Shown here: in pieces, positions 36,523-45,743 of the stretch
Layout of the letters: every line of letters begins with the position of its first letter
Numbering within the stretch: the stretch's first letter is position 1
The notes under the pieces: generated by a model
Database searches by the model: none
Told to the model about the DNA's origin: nothing
What the model saw: only the letters and a program-made list of their open reading frames with translations
Translations under genes and position numbers: made by a program
Origin: a virus
Taxonomy: Duplodnaviria; Caudoviricetes
Strand: one strand, 5' to 3'
IMG/VR virus record: IMGVR_UViG_3300042542_006078
Length of the DNA stretch: 64,000 nt

Positions 36523-37503
36523 TTAAGTTTTATGATTCATGAATTCCAGTTTTTTGGTTTTTTCAACAACTTTTTTGAATGATTGCATGATTTGTTGGCT
36601 TGTTAATTCAGTCATGCATGGTTTGACATTTTGCTTTGATTTTGGGCATTGTATAAACATGAAGCATGGTCCGCATTCCCAGTCGCCATTGTCTTTGTGT
36701 TTTTGAACAAGTTCAAAATCAAAGTATTTGCCGTAAACTTTTCCATTTGTGAAAGAGAAAATACCAACTAGAGGTTTTTTCAATGCTCCTGCTATGTGGA
36801 ATGTTCCTGTGTCGATTGAAATTACATATTCTGCTGCTTCAACAAGACCTACCCAAGACTCTAATTCGATGTTTATAAATTGTGGTATATTCATCATTTG
36901 GAATATTTCGATTGATGAATCATGAATTGTAAAAACAAAATATCCTTCTTCTTGTAGAAGCTTACATGTTTCGTAAATTTGTTGATCTGTAAGGCTTTTT
37001 GCTTGTCCGAATTCACAAGTTGTTGATTTGGTGACGAATAATACAGTTGGGAGTTTTTTATCGTTAATTGAATTGAGTGCTTCTTTATATATTTCAATAT
37101 TTTTTGCTTGAAGGTGACATTTGTGATTGTTCAGTTTTACTCCACAATGTCTTGCCCATATATCGCTTCTGTGTAGAGTATTTGATCCTAAGTGCATGCT
37201 TTCGTGTACTCTGCATGCGGTACTAATGTCATATATGATTCCATATTCTCGTTCTTTTATTTTTTCAATTGGGATTGTTTTTGCAAAAGGTTGATCTGAT
37301 GCCAGTTGTAAGTATTTTTGAGGACAGCAATAATGTAAATCAATTTCTGAAAATGTTGTACTAAAATCTTCAAACATCATCCTTTGCATGACGATGTCAC
37401 CATATCCTCCGTATTTTCTTTTAATTAGAACTTTATTGCGACGAATGAAGTGTTCCTTCAATGTAATTGGATTTATTTGTTTTTTCTTTACATAGCGGAA
37501 CAT
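36523..37503 (-). CDS. GT9-family (heptosyltransferase-like) glycosyltransferase
   Basis: GGYGDIVM, ISIDTGTFHIAGALKKP.VGIF, C-terminal CGPC-x5-C-x9-C motif. Confidence 0.8.
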   Translation of the reverse strand: MFRYVKKKQINPITLKEHFIRRNKVLIKRKYGGYGDIVMQRMMFEDFSTTFSEIDLHYCCPQKYLQLASDQPFAKTIPIEKIKEREYGIIYDISTACRVHESMHLGSNTLHRSDIWARHCGVKLNNHKCHLQAKNIEIYKEALNSINDKKLPTVLFVTKSTTCEFGQAKSLTDQQIYETCKLLQEEGYFVFTIHDSSIEIFQMMNIPQFINIELESWVGLVEAAEYVISIDTGTFHIAGALKKPLVGIFSFTNGKVYGKYFDFELVQKHKDNGDWECGPCFMFIQCPKSKQNVKPCMTELTSQQIMQSFKKVVEKTKKLEFMNHKT

Positions 37504-37698
37504 AAATATGGTGTCTCTTCCGTACTACCTCAATTTATTTCAATTATAAATGTTCAGGATGTCTGTATGGATACCAGATCATTTTGAAGTAAAAGAAAGA
37601 CCCAATACAGGAGCGGGATGCTTTATGGCAGCGTTCAAGGGAAATTCCAAAGTTTATGCAACAAACTTAGGTTGAGACAAGGGGGCCAATCGTGTTGA

Positions 37699-38835
37699 TT
37701 AAGCCCCCTGATTCATAAATGTCTTCCACTTTGACAATGCTGAACCTATAGTCTGATCTATGTCCAAATACTTGTATTCTCCTAGTCTACCTCCAAATGT
37801 AACATCGTTGTGATTTATTTTCAGATTAGCATATTTGTTGTAAATGAAACTGTTCTTTTCATCCCTTATTGGGTAGTAAGGTTCAGGATGGTCTTTGAAT
37901 GATATTGGTATGTCAAAACTCACAACTGTTTCTTCTTTTTCTTGATTTTTTGTTTCATAATGTTTTGGCGTTTCATTGTGGAAATGCTTGTGTTCAATGC
38001 TTCTGATGTATGGTTTTGATCCATCTACATGGTTGAAAACTGCCGTTCCTTGGTAGTCGCCATAGAATGTCTTGTGTTCAAAAGTTAAAGTGTTGTATTC
38101 CAAGAATCCGTACTCATAATCGTAAAATTTATCTATTGGTCCTGTGTAAACAAGATGATTGGCGTAATCTCTCCATTTGTTTCTCATGGTGAAAAAGTCA
38201 ACTCCAAGATTGATATCGATTCCATCAAGCATTTTTCTAATTGTTTGGGAATATCCTTCTTTTGGCATTCCTTGATATTTTGTTGTAAAATAATTTTCTT
38301 CGTAAGTTAGTCTTATTGGAAGTCTTTGAATGATGGAGGCAGGTAGTTCGGATGGTTCCTTTAGCCATTGCTTTTTTGTGTAGTGATAGAAAAATAAATC
38401 ATAAATTTCACGACCAACCCTGTCCAAAGCCCATTCTTCAAAGTTTCTTGGATTATCGCAAGGAATTCTTACTTCTTGCAGTTTTCTTTGAGCATCTTCT
38501 GGTGTGACAACTCCCCACAATTGGTGAAGTGTCATCATGTTGATTGGGAAAGAGAAAACTTTGCCTTGAGACAAAGCCTTGGGTTTGTTGATGTAAGGAA
38601 TTATTTTTGTGAATTTATTGATGAATTCCCAAACTTCTTCACTTTGAGTGTGGAATATATGCGCTCCATATTCGCTAACCAATATTCCGTTCTGCCATCT
38701 TTTGTCATAAGTTGCTCCAGCAATGTGGTTATTTTTGTCTATGACAAGGCATTTTTTTCCTGCATCTGTTGCCTTGCGGGCAAAGGTAGAACCGAAAAAA
38801 CCAGATCCAACTATGAGAAAATCATACTTTGCCAT
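37699..38835 (-). CDS. glf: UDP-galactopyranose mutase
   Basis: LIVGSGFFG, HIAGATYD, YGAHIFHT, FPIN, YTKKQW, RLPIR, YQGMP..GY, YTGPID, EPYYP, GGRLGEYKYLDIDQ. Confidence 0.95.
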   Translation of the reverse strand: MAKYDFLIVGSGFFGSTFARKATDAGKKCLVIDKNNHIAGATYDKRWQNGILVSEYGAHIFHTQSEEVWEFINKFTKIIPYINKPKALSQGKVFSFPINMMTLHQLWGVVTPEDAQRKLQEVRIPCDNPRNFEEWALDRVGREIYDLFFYHYTKKQWLKEPSELPASIIQRLPIRLTYEENYFTTKYQGMPKEGYSQTIRKMLDGIDINLGVDFFTMRNKWRDYANHLVYTGPIDKFYDYEYGFLEYNTLTFEHKTFYGDYQGTAVFNHVDGSKPYIRSIEHKHFHNETPKHYETKNQEKEETVVSFDIPISFKDHPEPYYPIRDEKNSFIYNKYANLKINHNDVTFGGRLGEYKYLDIDQTIGSALSKWKTFMNQGA

Positions 38836-39662
38836 TATTTTTCCTCTCTGAGATAATCGCTTATACGACCAGCAAGGTAGGCATCGCAATATTCTTTTTG
38901 TGAACTCCATCCAAATTCATAATGTTCTTTGTTGCCTAAGAAACCTGTAACCCAAAAGTCGATATTATTTTCCATTCTGTATCCCCAAGAGGTGAATGTT
39001 TTTACTTTTGCGGCTGGTCCCCATATGGCGCTCCAACTATCACAAGCCAAAACCAAATCTGCTTCGTAAATTGTAAAAGCCAACGATTCCAGAATCGACC
39101 ATGAACCTATTTTGTTAATTGTCTTCTCTATTGTTTCTTTTTTCATGCATGATTGATATGGATCGTTTGGTCCTCCAACCATTAATATTTTGAAACCTTT
39201 TTCATGAAGAATGTTTACACATCTATCCCATGTAGGCACATACCAGTCCAAAAACTGCTGAGGCTTCATCTCAAGGCTTACTGGTTGCAGAACTGCAACT
39301 TTTTCATTTTGCTTTTTTTCTGGTATGTACTTTCTTAAATCAACCCATTCCTTGATGTCATGACTGTTGCGAAAGTTCATTGGCTGGAATATTTTACAAT
39401 TATATTTTTTACTGAAATAAAATGAACTGTCATTGTCGTAGTCGATGTCATATTCAATTTTTTTGATGAAATTACAAGAATCAAGAATTGTCTTAACATT
39501 TTGGCAACTTTTTTTCACTTTGCCGTGCGATTTGAATATTGGGGATGTGTGGACGATTGTTGATTGGAGATTTCTCTCTGTCATTGCGATATTGGCTCTG
39601 CACAGGTTAAGTCCTGTATCTCCAATCGCTCCTGTTTCAAAGTAAATATGTAGGTCTTCCAT
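38835..39662 (-). CDS. Divergent GT9-like glycosyltransferase
   Basis: GAIGD near the N-terminus, MVGGPND, NKIG.WSI.ES, LVLACDSW. Start taken at ATG 39662. Confidence 0.55.
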   Translation of the reverse strand: MEDLHIYFETGAIGDTGLNLCRANIAMTERNLQSTIVHTSPIFKSHGKVKKSCQNVKTILDSCNFIKKIEYDIDYDNDSSFYFSKKYNCKIFQPMNFRNSHDIKEWVDLRKYIPEKKQNEKVAVLQPVSLEMKPQQFLDWYVPTWDRCVNILHEKGFKILMVGGPNDPYQSCMKKETIEKTINKIGSWSILESLAFTIYEADLVLACDSWSAIWGPAAKVKTFTSWGYRMENNIDFWVTGFLGNKEHYEFGWSSQKEYCDAYLAGRISDYLREEK

Positions 39663-39698
39663 TACTCTGATAAAGTTTAGGAGTGCAAAAAGTGATAC

Positions 39699-40325
39699 AT
39701 GAAACAAATTGAACTCGAATATTTGAAAAAAAAAGTTGATGTCGATCTAAAAAAACAACTCATAAGCGGTCGTGTTTTGCTAGACAGATATTGCATGATT
39801 GATGAGTTATCTAGAAAATCGCCTTCTTATTGCGATCCTAATTATGCTGGATTTTACTATCATTTGGGTAAGTATATTTCTCCAAACAGTTTGATGGAAT
39901 TTGGTTTTGATTTGGGTCTTTTCTCTGCGTGTTTCATGATTTCTTGCAAGACCGTGAAGAATTATTTTGCATTTAGGGAGAGCGATGGTTCTTTCTTTTC
40001 AGAAAGAATTGGTGCTAGGAATATAAGAAGATCATACAAGGGTAATTCAAAATATCACTATGGTTCTATTCATGATGATGTTTTTGACAAAGTTTTTGAA
40101 AATAGATGGGATATGGTAATTTTTTCTGTTGAAGAAAAATACGACAAACAACTTCAGTATTTTGAATTTGTTTGGCCTCACTTAAATGAAAATGCAATAA
40201 TGGTTTGTGACAACATAAGAAGAAATCAGGCTACCAAAGATGCATTTGAGGCATTTGCGTTTAGCAAAAATAGAGAGTCTTGTTTCTTCAACACAAGGCA
40301 TGGAACAATGATTTTGCAAAAATAA
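39699..40325 (+). CDS. Methyltransferase-like protein (Methyltransf_24-like)
   Basis: MEFGFDLG.FS, WDMV, L...AIMVCDN. Confidence 0.5.
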   Translation: MKQIELEYLKKKVDVDLKKQLISGRVLLDRYCMIDELSRKSPSYCDPNYAGFYYHLGKYISPNSLMEFGFDLGLFSACFMISCKTVKNYFAFRESDGSFFSERIGARNIRRSYKGNSKYHYGSIHDDVFDKVFENRWDMVIFSVEEKYDKQLQYFEFVWPHLNENAIMVCDNIRRNQATKDAFEAFAFSKNRESCFFNTRHGTMILQK

Positions 40326-40368
40326 ATGGCTATTAGACTAATTTATTATATTGGGCAGGAGGGTTATC

Positions 40369-41136
40369 GTGGGATTTGAATGCATATATCACTATCATGA
40401 AAAAGTTGATGGAGATTACGATAGGCAGGAAACGAAAACCTTCAAGAAAAAGGTTGGCGATCCATTTGATGATGTTAGTTTGGAAAGGTTGGCCGCTTCA
40501 ATTATGGCTCAGATGGCAAGAAGAGACATTTGGATCACGGATGTCGAAATTTTTGAGTTGAGCAAAAAGGCCGTAAGCTTCAAAGAATCAAAAGGCGGAA
40601 TCATCATAAAGAACAAAAAGTTTTTGTTTGATGGTGGTGGAGAAGAATCTTTTATAACTGTCGAAGAAATAATTCAAACAAGTCCTTCTCAAAATCCTCA
40701 ATATACAGTTAGCGAATTTCAACAGGCATCAAATACTTCAATGCCTATTCAGCAATTATCAGCGGCTGCTGTTCATCCTCATAATCAGCAAAAACCTTCT
40801 CAACAGACAAGAAAAACAGTTGACCAGATGGTTTATTTGCCTGAACCCATGCATTTGCATACAGCCAAACAGAAAAACCTGCGTTTTACTGTCAACAAGA
40901 GGTATCCTATTTTTGAAAAGCGCCCATCACCAAATGGGGGAGAGATTTTTGTCACTCAAGATGACACAGGAAGAGAACAAATGGTTTCGGATGTTTACTT
41001 TGTTCCAGCAAACATCAACCTTATTGCGGACAGAGAGCTTGGTTTTAGTGAAACCAAAGAAGAAAAAGATGGGGGCAACCTCTATTGGGGAAACGCAGCA
41101 AGAGATCCCGGTATGCCTGATTTAAGAAGGAAATAA
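40369..41136 (+). CDS. Hypothetical protein
   Basis: GTG start 40369 behind an AGGAGG RBS; ~255 aa. Confidence 0.65.
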   Translation: MGFECIYHYHEKVDGDYDRQETKTFKKKVGDPFDDVSLERLAASIMAQMARRDIWITDVEIFELSKKAVSFKESKGGIIIKNKKFLFDGGGEESFITVEEIIQTSPSQNPQYTVSEFQQASNTSMPIQQLSAAAVHPHNQQKPSQQTRKTVDQMVYLPEPMHLHTAKQKNLRFTVNKRYPIFEKRPSPNGGEIFVTQDDTGREQMVSDVYFVPANINLIADRELGFSETKEEKDGGNLYWGNAARDPGMPDLRRK

Positions 41137-41140
41137 TGAC

Positions 41141-41605
41141 ATGTCACTATCAAGAAAAGATATTCAAAAGAGAAAAGAGCGTGAGAACGCCGTCAGGAAG
41201 AAGGTTCTTGATAGGCGTGAAGAAATACGCAAAGAAAGGAAACTTGTAGAGGATGAAAGGAAAAAGGATAAAGAAATGTTTCTCCTAGAACATGGACATA
41301 TTCCAGCCGCTCTTCCCGGCAACCCAGAATTGGCAGAAGCCAAAAAGGCAGAAAGGGAAAAAAAAGTGAGCGAAAAATTAAAACGAAATCTAGCCATCTT
41401 GAAAAATCTTGAGCAGGAATACGAACAGGAACAAGCTGCAAGAACCAATTTGAACAGCCAACTTGAGGAAGAAGGATACCATTCCATGAAAGAAAAAATG
41501 GATGCCCTTCACGCCAAAGCCTTGAAAATGCAAAAGGTAGTGGAAGACCTCGATGAAGCAGCAAGCAAATCAGGCAAGACAGAAGACTCTTTACAACAAA
41601 AATAA
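41141..41605 (+). CDS. Charged coiled-coil hypothetical protein
   Basis: K/E/R-rich 154-aa ORF. Confidence 0.6.
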   Translation: MSLSRKDIQKRKERENAVRKKVLDRREEIRKERKLVEDERKKDKEMFLLEHGHIPAALPGNPELAEAKKAEREKKVSEKLKRNLAILKNLEQEYEQEQAARTNLNSQLEEEGYHSMKEKMDALHAKALKMQKVVEDLDEAASKSGKTEDSLQQK

Positions 41606-41702
41606 AATTTTCAGATTTATATCAATTTTTGGGCCTCATCTGGTGATAATAGGTTTGTGACGGCATCATCACCATCACATTACTTTTTACCATGAGGCTA
41701 CT

Positions 41703-42695
41703 ATGTCACTCGACTTTGAACCACTTGATCTTTCTGAAATTAACAAAGAGGCACAACGAGTTTCCGAGGAGGCCACTTCCAATGCCGGAGGAGGTGATTA
41801 CCTTGAGAAATTCGTCAAGATGCCAGATAGGGATGGCTATGTCATGCTCCGCATTCTGCCTCGCAAGAAAGGCGGAAGCGTATGGTGTGCCACCCGTGTT
41901 CACACCCTTTCCAATCCAGAAACAAGGCAGAAGAAAACCTATCATTGTCCACGCAAGTTGACAGACAGCGACAGGGGTGGTCCACCACGCTGGCTTGGAG
42001 ATTGCATTATCTGCAAGTATTACAGCGACTTGTGGCAAAGGTCTGAGAGTCTTTCAGGCAAGGCTCAGGAAGAATTGCAGAATCAAGCCCGTGCAATCAA
42101 GCCTGTCGAAAGATATTACTACAATGTCATCGTTCGTTCTGAAAAGGACAAGGATGGCAATATCAAGAAGAATGTTGGACCCAAGATTTTCTCTTGCGGC
42201 AAAACCACTCATTCCAAGATTATTCGGGCTATGAAAGGTGATGAAGCTGCTGGCGAAAAGCCATTGGGAGACATCACTCATCCCAAGGATGGTCGTGACT
42301 TCCGTGTCGTTAAGAAGGTTGTCAAAGGTGGTGGTGGTATGGAATACCCCAACTACGACAACTCTAAGTTTGAAGACCAGTCTCCCGCTGGTAGCTTGGA
42401 TGAGTTGAAGAGTTGGCTTGATAGCCTTCACGATTTGCAAGCCTTAAGGGCAATCAAGTCTGCGGATGAACTCAAGCATGCTCTCAAGGTTCACTTGGGA
42501 ATGGTAAGGGAAAGCTCGAACTCAAATGACAGCGATCTGAGCGAGTTCAGAAATACAAATCCAGTTAAGGCCAAGCCTGCTGAAGCGATTCGTGAAGAAC
42601 TTGTAGTAAGCACAACTCCTGTTTCCAAGGAAGAAACTAAGGAAAACGAGGATTTGGCTGATGATGACTTCCTAAAAGAACTCAATGGTATGTAA
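41703..42695 (+). CDS. Single-stranded DNA-binding protein (T4 gp32-like)
   Basis: F..MP...G...RILP, H-C-P...C-I-I-C zinc ligands, RYYYNV, KIF..GK, DG.DF...K, YPNYD.SKF, acidic C-terminal tail. Confidence 0.8.
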   Translation: MSLDFEPLDLSEINKEAQRVSEEATSNAGGGDYLEKFVKMPDRDGYVMLRILPRKKGGSVWCATRVHTLSNPETRQKKTYHCPRKLTDSDRGGPPRWLGDCIICKYYSDLWQRSESLSGKAQEELQNQARAIKPVERYYYNVIVRSEKDKDGNIKKNVGPKIFSCGKTTHSKIIRAMKGDEAAGEKPLGDITHPKDGRDFRVVKKVVKGGGGMEYPNYDNSKFEDQSPAGSLDELKSWLDSLHDLQALRAIKSADELKHALKVHLGMVRESSNSNDSDLSEFRNTNPVKAKPAEAIREELVVSTTPVSKEETKENEDLADDDFLKELNGM

Positions 42696-42698
42696 CCC

Positions 42699-42745
42699 AA
42701 ATAAGTACTGCCCAGATTTTTGTCTGGGCAGTACTTATTTTTTCT
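42699..42745 (+). terminator. 18-bp perfect hairpin plus T-tract between the SSB and recA genes
   Basis: AAATAAGTACTGCCCAGA-tttttg-TCTGGGCAGTACTTATTT-ttttc. Confidence 0.75.
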
Positions 42746-42773
42746 TTCACTTACGAATAAAGGAAGGCAGACC

Positions 42774-43991
42774 ATGGCTAAGAAAAAGGCATCTGAAGGC
42801 GTTGATGATAGTTTCTTTTGTGATTTGGCAGAGGAAACAGGAGGCGATGTCCTTGATCAAATTGATTCAGTTAAATATTTTGTGGACACTGGTAGCCTAG
42901 CTCTGAACTATATTTGTTCGGGCAAGTTCATTACTGGTGGAATACCCGGTGGCAAACTCACCGAAATTTATGGTCCAAACAGTTCATCAAAGTCTCTTTT
43001 GGGTGCCAATATTCTTTTCGGCACACAGAAGATGAAAGGAGTTCCAGTCCTCATGGACTGCGAAAACAGTGCAAACAAGGAATTCATTCAGTTGGCAAGC
43101 CATTGCAACTTGAAGAGAATTGTGCGACACACTCCAGAAACCTTGGAAGATGTGTTTGCAAAAATGTACAAAGTAATCGAAGCCGCAAGGCAAAAGACAA
43201 GTAATGATGTTCCAATAGTCATTGTTTATGACTCGATTGGAGTAAGTCCTTCTGCCCGTGAATTGCGTGAAGTTGCTCTTCCAGAAAACTTCACGAAAGA
43301 GCAATTCAAGAAGATAGTTGGAGGTAATGAGCAACCCGGTGAAAGGGCCAAAATTTGCTCTAGAGAACTGCGAAAACTCAACACTGTCATGGAGAAACAC
43401 AACGCAACAGTTGTGATTCTCAACCAAACTCGTGATAAGATTGGAACTTACATTCCAACCAAAACCACGGCTGGTGGAGGAAACGCTCTTCCTTTCTACG
43501 CTTCTTGCCGTCTTGAAACCAAGACAATGCAGAAAATAGAAAAGAAGTTAAGCGCCAAGAAAAAGAAAATCTTGGGCATTAATGTGAAGCTCAAGAATGT
43601 AAAAAACAAGACTCACAGACCTTTTGTCGAGTCTGAAAATGTCCAGTTGTTGTTCGATAAGGGAATCAATCCAATCAGCGGACTACTTTCTTGCCTTCTT
43701 GATTCAGACAGGATCGAGATATCAGGAACTGGATCATTTAAGGTAAAGCCTGCTTTTTCCAATGGCGAGGAAGTAAAGTTCCGGGCCAGTATGGATAGAA
43801 ATGATGTCCCTATGGATATTCTTCTAAAATGCCCATCACTCATTGATGCATCCTCAACTAAGGAAGTTGAAGATTATCTTGAGCCCTACAAGGAAGCAAT
43901 CGCTGGAAGAGCAGAAGATGATTCTGATGTAGAATTGTCAGAAGTCGATTCTCTCAGCGATGATAGCATTGACGAGGAATTGGAAGGTTGA
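42774..43991 (+). CDS. uvsX: RecA/UvsX recombinase
   Basis: DTGSLALN, GG.P.GK.TEIYGP.SS.KS, D.ENS, IVYDSI, NQ.R.KIG, TTAGGG.AL.FYAS.RL, KNK...PF. Start at ATG 42774 behind AGGAAGG. Confidence 0.9.
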   Translation: MAKKKASEGVDDSFFCDLAEETGGDVLDQIDSVKYFVDTGSLALNYICSGKFITGGIPGGKLTEIYGPNSSSKSLLGANILFGTQKMKGVPVLMDCENSANKEFIQLASHCNLKRIVRHTPETLEDVFAKMYKVIEAARQKTSNDVPIVIVYDSIGVSPSARELREVALPENFTKEQFKKIVGGNEQPGERAKICSRELRKLNTVMEKHNATVVILNQTRDKIGTYIPTKTTAGGGNALPFYASCRLETKTMQKIEKKLSAKKKKILGINVKLKNVKNKTHRPFVESENVQLLFDKGINPISGLLSCLLDSDRIEISGTGSFKVKPAFSNGEEVKFRASMDRNDVPMDILLKCPSLIDASSTKEVEDYLEPYKEAIAGRAEDDSDVELSEVDSLSDDSIDEELEG

Positions 43992-44011
43992 TCGTAACCT
44001 TATGATAAATT

Positions 44012-44052
44012 AAAAAACCTCTGACTATGAAAATTAGTCAGAGGTTTTTTTG
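44012..44052. terminator. Bidirectional intrinsic terminator
   Basis: AAAAAACCTCTGACTA-tgaaaat-TAGTCAGAGGTTTTTT between convergent genes. Confidence 0.85.
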
Positions 44053-44056
44053 TTAT

Positions 44057-44524
44057 TTAAGAAATCTTGTAATTACCAGCAGAGATTTTAGTGAAATTAT
44101 AGCCTTCTTTTTTTAATTCATTTTTGACTTGATTGAAACAACTGTTGATTGCGGCTGTTCCAAATCCTTTCTTGTCGTATCTTCTTTTCAAATCTTCAAT
44201 GCTAACAGTTTTTTTTGAAAGTAGTTTTCTTCTGATATAGTTTTTTATATTTTGATTTGTTGTATTTTTATTTGTTATATTTTGATTATCTTCTCTGGTA
44301 ATCATTTTGTTTTCGATAAGAGTGTACTCATATTTTTGATTTTTTTGCTTTGGATTACAGAAGGCTGGAACTAACTCATCAAGATCGATGACATTGCCAT
44401 TTTTCATGTTTACAAGAGACATGTTGGCTTTGAAACTATTGCAGAACTCTATGAGTTGGTTGAAATTTTTTTGATGGGTGAAGAATTTGCGTTTGTCCTT
44501 GAGTTCAATTAAAAGACACTTCAT
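44057..44524 (-). CDS. Basic hypothetical protein
   Basis: 155-aa Lys-rich ORF ending at the terminator. Confidence 0.6.
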   Translation of the reverse strand: MKCLLIELKDKRKFFTHQKNFNQLIEFCNSFKANMSLVNMKNGNVIDLDELVPAFCNPKQKNQKYEYTLIENKMITREDNQNITNKNTTNQNIKNYIRRKLLSKKTVSIEDLKRRYDKKGFGTAAINSCFNQVKNELKKEGYNFTKISAGNYKIS

Positions 44525-44667
44525 GATTTGCTCCGTGATTTAGCTGTTTGGTGTTTGCAGCAAGTTATTTGGGTTTTAATCTTCTGCACAACACAATTAT
44601 AGGTATTTACAAACAAAATACTACTTGCCTTTTACTTTCTCTTATAATAGATGGTGGGAGGTTTTCG

Positions 44668-45690
44668 ATGGATTCATACAAAGAAAAAATCGATTTGAAT
44701 TACCTCCGCAGATTTGGCGCAGAAATCGAAATCAATGCTTTTGATTTTAGAAGTAGGCCAGTTGGGCATGGTGAAGGCAAGTTGCCAGAAGGCACATACT
44801 ATGTAGCCAACTTGGTTCAAAAATCATCAGAAAATACAGTAAAAATTCACAAATGGAGTTATGATCACAACAACACATCATGGATAATCAAGCCAGATAG
44901 TAGTTGCGGCATTGAAATCTGCACTCCAGTCCTTAAAGGCTGGATTGGTCTAATGGAAACTTGTAGGGTTATTGAGGCTCTTGGTAACGACAAGAAGGTA
45001 AATGCCGATGACCGTTGCAGTTTCCATGTTCATGTTGATGTGAGCGATTTAACTGAACAAGAAGTGGCAACAATTATTACTTGGTGGGTAAAATGCGAGC
45101 CTGTTTTCATGGATTCTGTTCCAATACTCAGGAAAAGAAATCAATATTGCCAACTTTTAGGTCAGTCGGATATATTTGAAAAAGTAGAAGATAGCTTTCA
45201 TGCAAATGATTATCTAATCAGAAGACTAGGATCTTGCAAATACTATACAATCAACACTTACCATTATCACAACAATAAAAGAAAGACAATTGAATTCCGC
45301 ATTATGGATGGAGATTGCTGTCTCGACCCATGGATTGCTAAGAATTATATTCGACTTTTGCTGCATTTCATTGAAAGGTCATTGAAATTTGGAATGCCAA
45401 ATAATTATTTTGAGGGAGATAAGTGGTCAGGTTACTGCTGGCTGGACCCCAAAGATGTTTTTGATTTCCTTGGATTCAACAAAAAGACTGATTTAAGTCT
45501 GGGAGCCAAGCAAGTTTACGAATGGTTTCTTGATAGGCTTCACTTAAATTGTAATTATTCATTGAATCATGGAATAATGGGCAATAACGCAAGGCGTTAT
45601 GCCCAGAAGGAAATAGAAGAAATGTGTTTTGAATATGGAAATATGTCGGTCGATTACGATGATATATTTAATTTCAAATATCGTATATAA
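44668..45690 (+). CDS. Putative amidoligase enzyme (Amidoligase_2-like COOH-NH2 ligase)
   Basis: FGAEIE, W.I.PDSS, IEI.TP.L, CSFHVHV, KYY.IN, TIEFR. GGGAGG RBS before ATG 44668. Confidence 0.8.
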   Translation: MDSYKEKIDLNYLRRFGAEIEINAFDFRSRPVGHGEGKLPEGTYYVANLVQKSSENTVKIHKWSYDHNNTSWIIKPDSSCGIEICTPVLKGWIGLMETCRVIEALGNDKKVNADDRCSFHVHVDVSDLTEQEVATIITWWVKCEPVFMDSVPILRKRNQYCQLLGQSDIFEKVEDSFHANDYLIRRLGSCKYYTINTYHYHNNKRKTIEFRIMDGDCCLDPWIAKNYIRLLLHFIERSLKFGMPNNYFEGDKWSGYCWLDPKDVFDFLGFNKKTDLSLGAKQVYEWFLDRLHLNCNYSLNHGIMGNNARRYAQKEIEEMCFEYGNMSVDYDDIFNFKYRI

Positions 45691-45743
45691 TTAAGGCATG
45701 GCTATCATGTCTTGAAAATCCGTCATTAGATGGCGGGAGGCTT

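Noticed and set aside
37550-37675. 41-aa + strand ORF (MFRMSVWIPDH...) ending before a GGGGC/GCCCC hairpin
   Set aside because: Plausible, but it has no RBS, is very short and lies between two - strand genes; evidence is insufficient without conservation data.
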